Positions 45,084-52,738 of a DNA stretch of 64,000 nucleotides are shown here, one piece after another; within the stretch, counting starts at the first letter, position 1; each line of letters opens with the position of its first letter. This DNA comes from a virus (Duplodnaviria > Caudoviricetes). Both the position numbers and the translations under genes were made by a program. Under the pieces are notes generated by a model. It was not told the origin of the DNA, did no database searches, and saw only the letters and a list, made by a program, of their open reading frames with translations. The stretch lies in IMG/VR virus record IMGVR_UViG_3300035670_000009, positions 64,001-128,000 of that record; one strand, given 5' to 3'.

Positions 45084-46987
45084 CGGCCGCCTCCCGTGGC
45101 CGCTTGCCAGGCCGGAGTTCCAAAATGCGGCTGACTCACGCCGCGGCGGACGACGCTCGAGGTGTGAATGTATTGCTTCGAACGATTCCAACCTACGATG
45201 TCGTATCCAGCCTGATAGAGCTGTTCGCCAATTGTGTAGTCGCCGCCATTGTGCGTGAGCGCTGCGTCTGGAATGTCCGCTGCGCGCATTGCCGCTGTTT
45301 TTAGGCAGAAGAACCCGCCCGCTACGAACACCGCGTGATCGCCGTTGGGAGCGGGCTTTTTGTTTTTCATGCGGAACGGTCGCCCCTGGTACCAGGGTCG
45401 CGAACGATAAAGCTGCTGTTGCGCCGTTGACAGACGAATTGTCATGTCGGCGCCAAATAGCCCCGCTTCAGGATTGGCGAGAATGGCCTGCGCCAGGAGC
45501 GTGAGCCATTGCTGGTTCCGGTCTGCAATCGAATCATCGTCGAACCATATTAGGTAGTTCGTTTCAATCGGCAGCGCTGTGTCGTGGAACATTTCCCGCA
45601 TTACCGGATACTTCAGGGCGTTTTCCCTGTGCCGGTAGTGCTTGCTGACAACCCCGTGGTCGACAAGGCGATCGAGTACGGCCGCCGTTTCGTCGCACAG
45701 TTCATTAGAACCGACGCGCAGGTCGATGCGACCAGGCGGGCATGTGGAAACAATCGAGTTCAGGCAACGCATGTGCAGCGAGTGGTATTGCGCGGGCCCG
45801 TAAAACAACACGCAGACCGTGAACTTGCCGCCTATCACCGGATCTCGATAGATATCTTTGTCCGGCGCTGCCGTCGGAATAGCGGTATTTGGCGTTCCCG
45901 GATCAGCGCGCTCGAATCGGGCGGCCGGGGCTAGTACAGGCGCGGCGACCTGCGAAACAGTACTCCCCGCGTCTGATAAACGGTACCGTACGATCTCGTC
46001 GAGCGGCTTAATGGGCGGCAGCGTCCGGTCTTCGTAATAGCTCATCACAGCCTCGACAACGTGCTGGGGGGTGATCATGTCCAGGCATTTTGGAACCGCC
46101 TGGCCCGGCTTCACGATAGGGTACTTGCAAAGCGACGAATCGCCGTTCAGCGGCAATACCTTGTTTTTCCAGCAGCCGTGGGCCTGGCAGCAGTCCAGCA
46201 GCCCGATCGTGTGTAGATAACGGTGCGGCACCGTTAGCCGCTGGGCCGTCTCAGGGCCTCCCAGACCGGCGTTTTCGCGGACATAGGCCTCCCACCACCA
46301 GGCCTCCCTGCCGCCCGCCAGAACGACGCAGGGGCGCTGTAACGCCGCGGCCAGGTGCATCGCTGCCGTGACGCCGCAAATGACCCCGTCAGCGTGGTAA
46401 ATCAGCCGAAGCCAGTCCCGCAGCCCCGTACGGCCGACCAGGTTTAGCGCCCCGGCGATTTCGGGGTGCCAGTGTCCGCGCTCCGTGCCGCCGATCTGGA
46501 CGCACGGGACGCCCAGGGCGCTTAACGCGCTAATCGTCTCCTGCCACGCCGCCTGGCCCCAGACCTTGGCGGTGAAGTCCGACTTACCTCCGGACAGAAA
46601 CACCCAGTAGCGGCCCTCTACGAGCCGCCGGGATCGTTCCTCTTCCGACAGGTGCAGGTCTGGGTAAGGCAAGGTGAGCGGGATTCGCACGCGAGCCTGG
46701 ACCTCGAAATCCCTGTGAAAATAGGCAAGGAAATGCACCGTTTCGTGGTTCTGGTCGCGAAGGCCTTTGCCGTAGGTGAGCTTGATGTGCTCGACCCCCT
46801 TTTGGCCGCGTAGCTCACGCGCGCTGACGATGTAGGGATTGTTCTCCCACAGCGCGGCGGCGTTCGTGTCGACGCCGATTTGAAATGCGCCGGGGTGCGT
46901 CAGCGCAATGTCGCGCACCAAAGCGGTGAGCACTGCCGTATCGCCCGGCGCTCGTTTGTGCACGAGAATGAGGCGGCGAGCCTGCAC
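45080..46987 (-). CDS. GT9 (ADP-heptose heptosyltransferase-like) domain fused to a GT2-like domain
   Basis: N-terminal RAPGD..AKVW..VQIGG..NLVGRTGLR..ADGVICGVTAAMHLAAALQRPCVVL; C-terminal TVCVLFYG..YLIWFDDDS..FVAGGFF..HNGGD. Confidence 0.82.
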   Translation of the reverse strand: MQARRLILVHKRAPGDTAVLTALVRDIALTHPGAFQIGVDTNAAALWENNPYIVSARELRGQKGVEHIKLTYGKGLRDQNHETVHFLAYFHRDFEVQARVRIPLTLPYPDLHLSEEERSRRLVEGRYWVFLSGGKSDFTAKVWGQAAWQETISALSALGVPCVQIGGTERGHWHPEIAGALNLVGRTGLRDWLRLIYHADGVICGVTAAMHLAAALQRPCVVLAGGREAWWWEAYVRENAGLGGPETAQRLTVPHRYLHTIGLLDCCQAHGCWKNKVLPLNGDSSLCKYPIVKPGQAVPKCLDMITPQHVVEAVMSYYEDRTLPPIKPLDEIVRYRLSDAGSTVSQVAAPVLAPAARFERADPGTPNTAIPTAAPDKDIYRDPVIGGKFTVCVLFYGPAQYHSLHMRCLNSIVSTCPPGRIDLRVGSNELCDETAAVLDRLVDHGVVSKHYRHRENALKYPVMREMFHDTALPIETNYLIWFDDDSIADRNQQWLTLLAQAILANPEAGLFGADMTIRLSTAQQQLYRSRPWYQGRPFRMKNKKPAPNGDHAVFVAGGFFCLKTAAMRAADIPDAALTHNGGDYTIGEQLYQAGYDIVGWNRSKQYIHTSSVVRRGVSQPHFGTPAWQAATGGGR

Positions 46988-46994
46988 GATCGCC

Positions 46995-47531
46995 TCAAGC
47001 CTGCGCGCTGGAATCTACTGCCGCGTGTAGTGCCACGTCGGCTTTGTCGCGAGCGCGCCGCGCGAGCTTAATGGCGCGCTGTACGAGAATTTTCGTCGGC
47101 AGCGCGAGGAAGGGCAGCTTACGTTTTGCTGCCTCTTCTTTCAACCACCCGACGATTTCCTTGATGTTCTGTTCGCACCATTCGATTCCGCGGTCGTTCA
47201 TGAGCCGCGCTCGCGCATTACACGAACAATTTTCCGTGCTTTTTATCCCGACCTTGGCGAGGAGCTTTTTCAGCTGCGTTCCAGCGCCGGTAGGATCCCA
47301 TACATACGGCGCAGGCTGTGCCGGTTTTACCGGCTCTGGCGGGGGCGCTGCCGCATTTTCTGCGCTCGGCTCGGCAGCGCCGCGCGGACAATCTGGAAAC
47401 GCCTGCACCAATTCTGACAATCTGCTGGCCACAGTTTTGGCGACAGCGATTTGTTTGCCGCACTGTGCGCAATAAAAACACGCCATGTCATTTGATATCG
47501 GACATTTTGTTTCTTTAAATGCGCACCGCAT
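46995..47531 (-). CDS. Cys-rich hypothetical protein
   Basis: CFYCAQC and GTQLKKLL..NCSCNARA..WCEQN..IVGWL. Confidence 0.65.
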   Translation of the reverse strand: MRCAFKETKCPISNDMACFYCAQCGKQIAVAKTVASRLSELVQAFPDCPRGAAEPSAENAAAPPPEPVKPAQPAPYVWDPTGAGTQLKKLLAKVGIKSTENCSCNARARLMNDRGIEWCEQNIKEIVGWLKEEAAKRKLPFLALPTKILVQRAIKLARRARDKADVALHAAVDSSAQA

Positions 47532-47559
47532 AGTTGTCTCCAGTTTTAACCGTTAACAA

Positions 47560-48171
47560 TTAGTTGCTAGTTGAAACGTCTGAACTACCGGCAGATTCGT
47601 TAACACCAGACGCTGCGCTATCAGAAGAAGAACTGCTGTAGCCAAAATCGCTAGCCGCCGAGTTGTCGCTCGAAAGACTAGTTGTTGAACTGGCGGTTGA
47701 ACTACTTGTTACTGAGCTACTGTCTGAAAGACTTGTTGCGGAACTGACACCAGAGCTGCCGATCTGCGAACTAGAGCTTGAACTGCTACTGCTCGGCTCC
47801 TCACAGTAGGTGTCCGACGCAATTTCTTCATAATTCACAACAGCTTCAAGTGCGCTGGCGGCATCTGCGCTTAACTCGATGCTGTGGCCTTCCATCAAGT
47901 AAACCGGCGTTTCTTTGGTGATCAGGACCGCTGTCTTGTTTGCGTCAACCGTTGTTGCGAAAGCTAGTCGAAAGGTTTCGGCGCCTCTGCGCACAGTTGC
48001 CGTGACTTCGCGGCCGGTTGAATCGACGTTGGCCACGTAAAGCGAAATGACCCTGACGGTTTTTGCACTATTTGCCGCGTTGCTGACGATTGGCGCGGCA
48101 GTCACACCTAACGCCAACGCAGCGTTTTTGCCCGCAACACACGACGGAGAGCACAGATTTGGGAGCGCCAT
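47560..48171 (-). CDS. putative virion beta-domain protein with Ser-rich tail
   Basis: N-terminal ~115-aa beta-rich domain (ISLYVANVD..LITKETPVYLMEG) followed by a poly-Ser tail. Confidence 0.65.
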   Translation of the reverse strand: MALPNLCSPSCVAGKNAALALGVTAAPIVSNAANSAKTVRVISLYVANVDSTGREVTATVRRGAETFRLAFATTVDANKTAVLITKETPVYLMEGHSIELSADAASALEAVVNYEEIASDTYCEEPSSSSSSSSSQIGSSGVSSATSLSDSSSVTSSSTASSTTSLSSDNSAASDFGYSSSSSDSAASGVNESAGSSDVSTSN

Positions 48172-48173
48172 AA

Positions 48174-50666
48174 TTACAGACTCCAGTGGAACACGCTGTC
48201 ACATAGGTCTATCGAAACTGGACAAATTTGTCCACACCCGCATTCGTCAATTGGCTGTACGCCGTCGCTGGCGCTCGGCAAAGAACTGTTAGACGTTTGA
48301 CTGCCAGAGCTAGGCTGCGCGCTGCTGGAGCTGGACTGTTGGTTGCTTGAGTCGGACTGCTCACTGCCAGAGCTAGGCTGCGCGCTGCCAGAGCTAGGCT
48401 GCGCGCTGCTGGAACCGGACTGTTGGTTGCTGGAACTGGGCTGTGTGCTGCTGGAACTGGGCTGCTCGCTGCTGGAACTGAGCTGTGTGCTGCTGGAACC
48501 GGACTGTTGGTTGCTGGAACTGGGCTGTGTGCTGCTGGAACTGGGCTGCTCGCTGCTGGAACTGAGCTGTGTGCTGCTGGAACCGGACTGTTGGTTGCTG
48601 GAACTGGGCTGTGTGCTGCCAGACGACTGACCACTAGAGACAGTGCGACTGCCAGAAGATCCGTTACATAAATTAACAGTAATCTGGCCATTGCATTCTT
48701 CGTCTACGTTGCCCTCGCAATCAACCGCCGTACCGCAAAAATCAAACACGTATTCGCACGCTGGCGCTGTTTCAGTTGTAAGCCCATATAGCGCAAGCAG
48801 CGTTTCGGTGCTAAGCGTAAAAGTCTGTGGATTTGGATCGTTTTCTTTGACGTCAAAATTCAATACAGACAAACCGTTTGCATTGAAATCCCAATTTATG
48901 CGTGATCGTTCCCCGGCCGCATTATCTGCAACAAGTACGGTTAACGTTGCTGTGTCGCCGGGACCAAACGAGTTCAAAAATTGCCCGTTTGAGTTGACGC
49001 CAAATGCGATTTGATTTGGTTCTGCGCTGCAACTACTAGAGCTGCTTGAATCGCTTGACGCACTGGAGTCACTTGATGTGCTTGACGCGCTGGAGTTACT
49101 TGACGTGCTTGAAACGCTAGAGTCGCCACTACTGCTAGCGCACGGCGGACAAGGGTCATTTTCGTTGCGATATTCTGTTACATATGCGGTTTCAAATACT
49201 CCGGTTTCACAATCAAACAATTTTGCTGTGACTGTATTTAGCGTGCCGTCGTCGCAATAATCGCGTATATCGTAAGCGCACAAACGCGACGGCTCGCCGG
49301 GAGAGCCCGCATTAATGAAATTTATCTGACGTATTACTTCTTTGCCGCAAATAGTCTCACAAAGCGTTCCAGCAATGCCGTCAGTGCAATTTGTTGGGTT
49401 ATCTTCTTCAGACCACACCGGGCATTCGCAAGAAGAGCTACTACTGCTTGACGATTCGCGGCTGCTGCTTACAGCGCTTGATTGACTTGAGCTATAGTCA
49501 GAGCTTTTTTCTTCTGAGCTTTTTTCAGTACTCGATTTTTCGCTCGAATCCGAACTGGATTGGTCGCTAGATCCCGAACTGGATTGGTCGCTAGACCCCG
49601 AACTGGATTGGTCGCTAGATCCCGAACTGGATTGATCGCTAGATCCCGAACTGGATTGATTGCTTGAGCCTGAACTTGTGTCGCTTGAACTTTCTGGCGG
49701 ACACGGTACTTCTACTTTTGGTAGTGCTCTAAACGCGCACGCTTGAGAATCGTAATAGAACGGCTGTACGCTTTTTAATGCCGGGCCGTTTGCCGTGCAT
49801 GTTGAGCACCATTCGTAAACTGTGTACGAGGCTACGCAACCAGCTGTAGAGTCGGAAAAACCGCTTCCCCGGCGTAGTGGCACAACAAAGCCGCAAACAA
49901 AACCAAGTTCATCTTGGCTTGCGTCACTAACGGCGCTTGTACAGTCGCAACCGCTGCTACTGCTCGTGCCACTTGACTGGCCGGAGCCGCTGCTTCCGCT
50001 GCCATCAGGACACGACCCAAAAATCAGCTCGATTGGTGTCCACGAGCACGTTGCGGGGTCAAACGTGTAAGACACTAAACCATATTGACTACCATCAGCG
50101 CAAAGCAAAGGTTCGCCAGGCGGTGCGGGCGGGGGTGGAAAACAATTGCAGGCTTGCCCGCACTCTTCTAGTGTTGCGCCCGGCGCTTCTTTTCCGACGC
50201 ACTGGCCGTCTACGCAATCGTAGCCGCCGGGCTCGACGCAATTTCCGTCAACTAAAATTGTCCCTGGCGGGCAATAGCAGTTGCAGTTTTGTGGCGCGCG
50301 TAATTGATTTCCAGGACACGGCTCATCTGGACACACGCAATTGCAATCTTCGTCTAGCGTTTTTCCTTCAGGACATTCGTTCGGACAAACGCAATTGCAT
50401 TCTTCGTCGTGTTCTTTTCCTTCGGGGCACTCGTCCGCGCAAACGCAGTTGCACTCAGCGTCGTGCGATTTGCCGTCAGGGCACGGTTCGCCCGGACAAA
50501 TACACTCGCACTCTGCTGTCAGTGTGCGCGGCTCAGCGCACGCATCTGCGTCTGGGCAGGTGCATTCTGGGCTGTCCGGATCCAGTTCGCCGCAGGCGCA
50601 CTGACACGCGCGCGCCGTTGGCGAACACGCAAAACCGGCACAATCATTGACGAAACGACACGGCAT
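48174..50666 (-). CDS. Cys-rich (CXCXC repeat) and Ser-rich repeat protein, probably virion-surface
   Basis: 830 aa; repeats such as CECICPGEPCPDGK/CNCVCPNECPEGK; SSGSSDQ and SSxQP tracts. Confidence 0.75.
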   Translation of the reverse strand: MPCRFVNDCAGFACSPTARACQCACGELDPDSPECTCPDADACAEPRTLTAECECICPGEPCPDGKSHDAECNCVCADECPEGKEHDEECNCVCPNECPEGKTLDEDCNCVCPDEPCPGNQLRAPQNCNCYCPPGTILVDGNCVEPGGYDCVDGQCVGKEAPGATLEECGQACNCFPPPPAPPGEPLLCADGSQYGLVSYTFDPATCSWTPIELIFGSCPDGSGSSGSGQSSGTSSSSGCDCTSAVSDASQDELGFVCGFVVPLRRGSGFSDSTAGCVASYTVYEWCSTCTANGPALKSVQPFYYDSQACAFRALPKVEVPCPPESSSDTSSGSSNQSSSGSSDQSSSGSSDQSSSGSSDQSSSGSSDQSSSDSSEKSSTEKSSEEKSSDYSSSQSSAVSSSRESSSSSSSSCECPVWSEEDNPTNCTDGIAGTLCETICGKEVIRQINFINAGSPGEPSRLCAYDIRDYCDDGTLNTVTAKLFDCETGVFETAYVTEYRNENDPCPPCASSSGDSSVSSTSSNSSASSTSSDSSASSDSSSSSSCSAEPNQIAFGVNSNGQFLNSFGPGDTATLTVLVADNAAGERSRINWDFNANGLSVLNFDVKENDPNPQTFTLSTETLLALYGLTTETAPACEYVFDFCGTAVDCEGNVDEECNGQITVNLCNGSSGSRTVSSGQSSGSTQPSSSNQQSGSSSTQLSSSSEQPSSSSTQPSSSNQQSGSSSTQLSSSSEQPSSSSTQPSSSNQQSGSSSAQPSSGSAQPSSGSEQSDSSNQQSSSSSAQPSSGSQTSNSSLPSASDGVQPIDECGCGQICPVSIDLCDSVFHWSL
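48300..48625. repeat. coding tandem repeats (21-bp subunits in an ~81-bp higher-order unit)
   Basis: gctgctggaaccggactgttggttgctggaactgggctgtgt... repeated; encodes SSNQQSGSSSTQLSSSSEQP. Confidence 0.85.
49545..49665. repeat. 24-bp coding tandem repeat
   Basis: cccgaactggattggtcgctagat, about 5 copies; encodes SSGSSDQS. Confidence 0.85.
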
Positions 50667-50698
50667 AGTATCACGATCGCGGCAGTGCGTTATTTACG

Positions 50699-52702
50699 TT
50701 AATTGTCACAAATGTAGATCGGCGGCGTTTCGTTAGTTGGCGCGGCGGTCATCGCAAACACGCAACCGCCATTAGAGCAAATTTGACCCGACGGACAACC
50801 AGGTACGGGGCTGGTGCAGTTCGGATCGTTTGCTGTGTCGCAATGGTAGCAGTCGGAACGAATCTGCGGACAGCATCTGCTAGCGCCGACGTCGCCCGCG
50901 CCCGGAAGTGGAATAGTATTGTTTGGGCAACAGTAAAAATCGCCGGTACCGTTACCAACGGCACCGGCATAACCATAACCTGCCGGGCAGCCAGGGCTAG
51001 GCACGCCACTGTTTAGGTCATATGTAACAATAATAGCGCCAGTCGTCGGTATGCATTCTCCGTCAAGACAACACAACGTGTCACAATCAAGACCAGTAAT
51101 GCAACCAGCGCTGCCCGAAGAAGAGCTATCCGAACTGTCTGACGACGACGAAGAAGAGCACGGTTCGCATTCGCCGTTGTTGCAGCATTCTCCGTCTTTA
51201 CAACATGTATCTCCACACACTTGTTCTTCGGGGCAGCACACCCAACCACCCGGCGGTGCGCTGCTCGACGGCGTTGAACTACTCGGCACAGAACTGCTGG
51301 GCGTAGAACTACTTGGCGCAGAGCTGCTAGATGTAGAGCTGTCTGAAGAACTATCAGAGCTGTCTGACGACGAAGAAGAAGAGCACGGCCCGCATTCGCC
51401 GTCATTGCAACATTCACCTTCTTTGCAGCAGGTGTCGCCGCACACTTGTTCTTCGGGGCAGCACACCCAACCGCCCGGCGGCGCGCTGCTCGACGGCGCA
51501 GAACTGCTAGGTACCGAACTGCTAGGTACCGAACTGCTGGGTACCGAACTGCTGGGTGCAGAACTGCTAGGTACCGAACTGCTGGGTGCAGAACTGCTAG
51601 GTACCGAACTGCTAGGTACCGAACTGCTAGGTACCGAACTGCTGGGTACCGAACTGCTGGGTGCAGAACTGCTAGGTACCGAACTGCTGGGTACCGAACT
51701 GCTGGGTGCAGAACTGCTAGGTACCGAACTGCTAGGTACCGAACTGCTGGGTGCAGAGCTACTTGGCGCAGAACTGCTGGGTGCAGAACTGCTGGGTGCA
51801 GAGCTACTTGGCGCAGAGCTACTTGGTGTCGAGCTGCTGGGTGTCGAGCTACTTTGGTCTGAGCTGCTTGCGATCGAGCTGCTGGGTACCGAACTGCTGG
51901 GTGCAGAGCTGCTGGGTGTCGAGCTACTTTGGTCTGAGCTGCTTGCGATCGAGCTGCTGGGTACCGAACTGCTGGGTGCAGAGCTGCTGGGTGTCGAGCT
52001 ACTTTGGTCTGAGCTGCTTGCGATCGAGCTGCTGGGTACCGAACTGCTGGGTGCAGAGCTACTTGGTGTCGAGCTGCTGGGTGTCGAGCTACTTTGGTCT
52101 GAGCTGCTGGGAGTTGAACTGCTTTCGTCTGAACTGCTAACGGAACTGCTAAGTCCTGAACTGCTAACGGAACTGCTAAGTCCTGAACTGCTAGATTCCA
52201 CGCTGCTTGACAAAGAGCTGCTGGAATCCAGGCTGCTAGACAAAGAACTGCTAGATTCCACGCTGCTTGAAATGGAGCTGCTGGAGTCCGAGCTGCTTGA
52301 AATGGAGCTGCTGGAGTCCGAGCTGCTTGAAATGGAGCTGCTGGATTCCGAACTGCTGGATTCTGAACTACTCGAAATAGAGCTGCTGGAGTCCGAGCTG
52401 CTTGAAATGGAGCTGCTGGATTCTGAACTGCTGGAGTCCGAGCTGCTTGAAATGGAGCTGCTGGATTCTGAACTGCTGGATTCTGAACTACTCGAAATAG
52501 AGCTGCTGGATTCTGAACTACTCGAAATAGAGCTGCTGGAGTCCGAGCTGCTTGAAATGGAGCTGCTGGATTCCGAACTGCTGGATTCTGAACTACTCGA
52601 AATAGAGCTGCTGGAAGACGATGACGAACAACAACAGGCTGCGCTGATTGCGAGACTGCCAGCAAACGCTAAAAGCTTATTGTTGTACGTGTAAAGAGGC
52701 AT
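50699..52702 (-). CDS. mucin-like Ser-rich repeat protein with Cys-rich modules
   Basis: 667 aa; pentapeptides SSSIS/SSSES and SSSAP/SSSVP; duplicated GGWVCCPEEQVCGDTCCK module. Confidence 0.75.
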   Translation of the reverse strand: MPLYTYNNKLLAFAGSLAISAACCCSSSSSSSSISSSSESSSSESSSSISSSSDSSSSISSSSESSSSISSSSESSSSESSSSISSSSDSSSSESSSSISSSSDSSSSISSSSESSSSESSSSISSSSDSSSSISSSSDSSSSISSSVESSSSLSSSLDSSSSLSSSVESSSSGLSSSVSSSGLSSSVSSSDESSSTPSSSDQSSSTPSSSTPSSSAPSSSVPSSSIASSSDQSSSTPSSSAPSSSVPSSSIASSSDQSSSTPSSSAPSSSVPSSSIASSSDQSSSTPSSSTPSSSAPSSSAPSSSAPSSSAPSSSAPSSSVPSSSVPSSSAPSSSVPSSSVPSSSAPSSSVPSSSVPSSSVPSSSVPSSSAPSSSVPSSSAPSSSVPSSSVPSSSVPSSSAPSSSAPPGGWVCCPEEQVCGDTCCKEGECCNDGECGPCSSSSSSDSSDSSSDSSTSSSSAPSSSTPSSSVPSSSTPSSSAPPGGWVCCPEEQVCGDTCCKDGECCNNGECEPCSSSSSSDSSDSSSSGSAGCITGLDCDTLCCLDGECIPTTGAIIVTYDLNSGVPSPGCPAGYGYAGAVGNGTGDFYCCPNNTIPLPGAGDVGASRCCPQIRSDCYHCDTANDPNCTSPVPGCPSGQICSNGGCVFAMTAAPTNETPPIYICDN
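51480..52620. repeat. 15-bp coding tandem repeats
   Basis: gaactgctgggtacc/gaactgctgggtgca arrays (51480-52120) and ga(a/g)ctgctgga.tcc/gagctgcttgaaatg arrays (52250-52620). Confidence 0.9.
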
Positions 52703-52738
52703 GGCGATTGCAAACTAATGCTGCGAAACACATTTGGT

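Noticed and set aside
48209-48691. Repetitive ORFs (PAAHSPV.., LELGC..) overlapping the Cys/Ser protein
   Set aside because: Shadows of the same tandem repeat.
51013-52694. Long alternative ORFs (547-aa Leu/Glu-rich on plus, 550-aa on minus)
   Set aside because: They are antisense or out-of-frame shadows of the stop-free 15-bp serine repeat array; the Ser-rich frame fits the strand and spacing of its neighbours.
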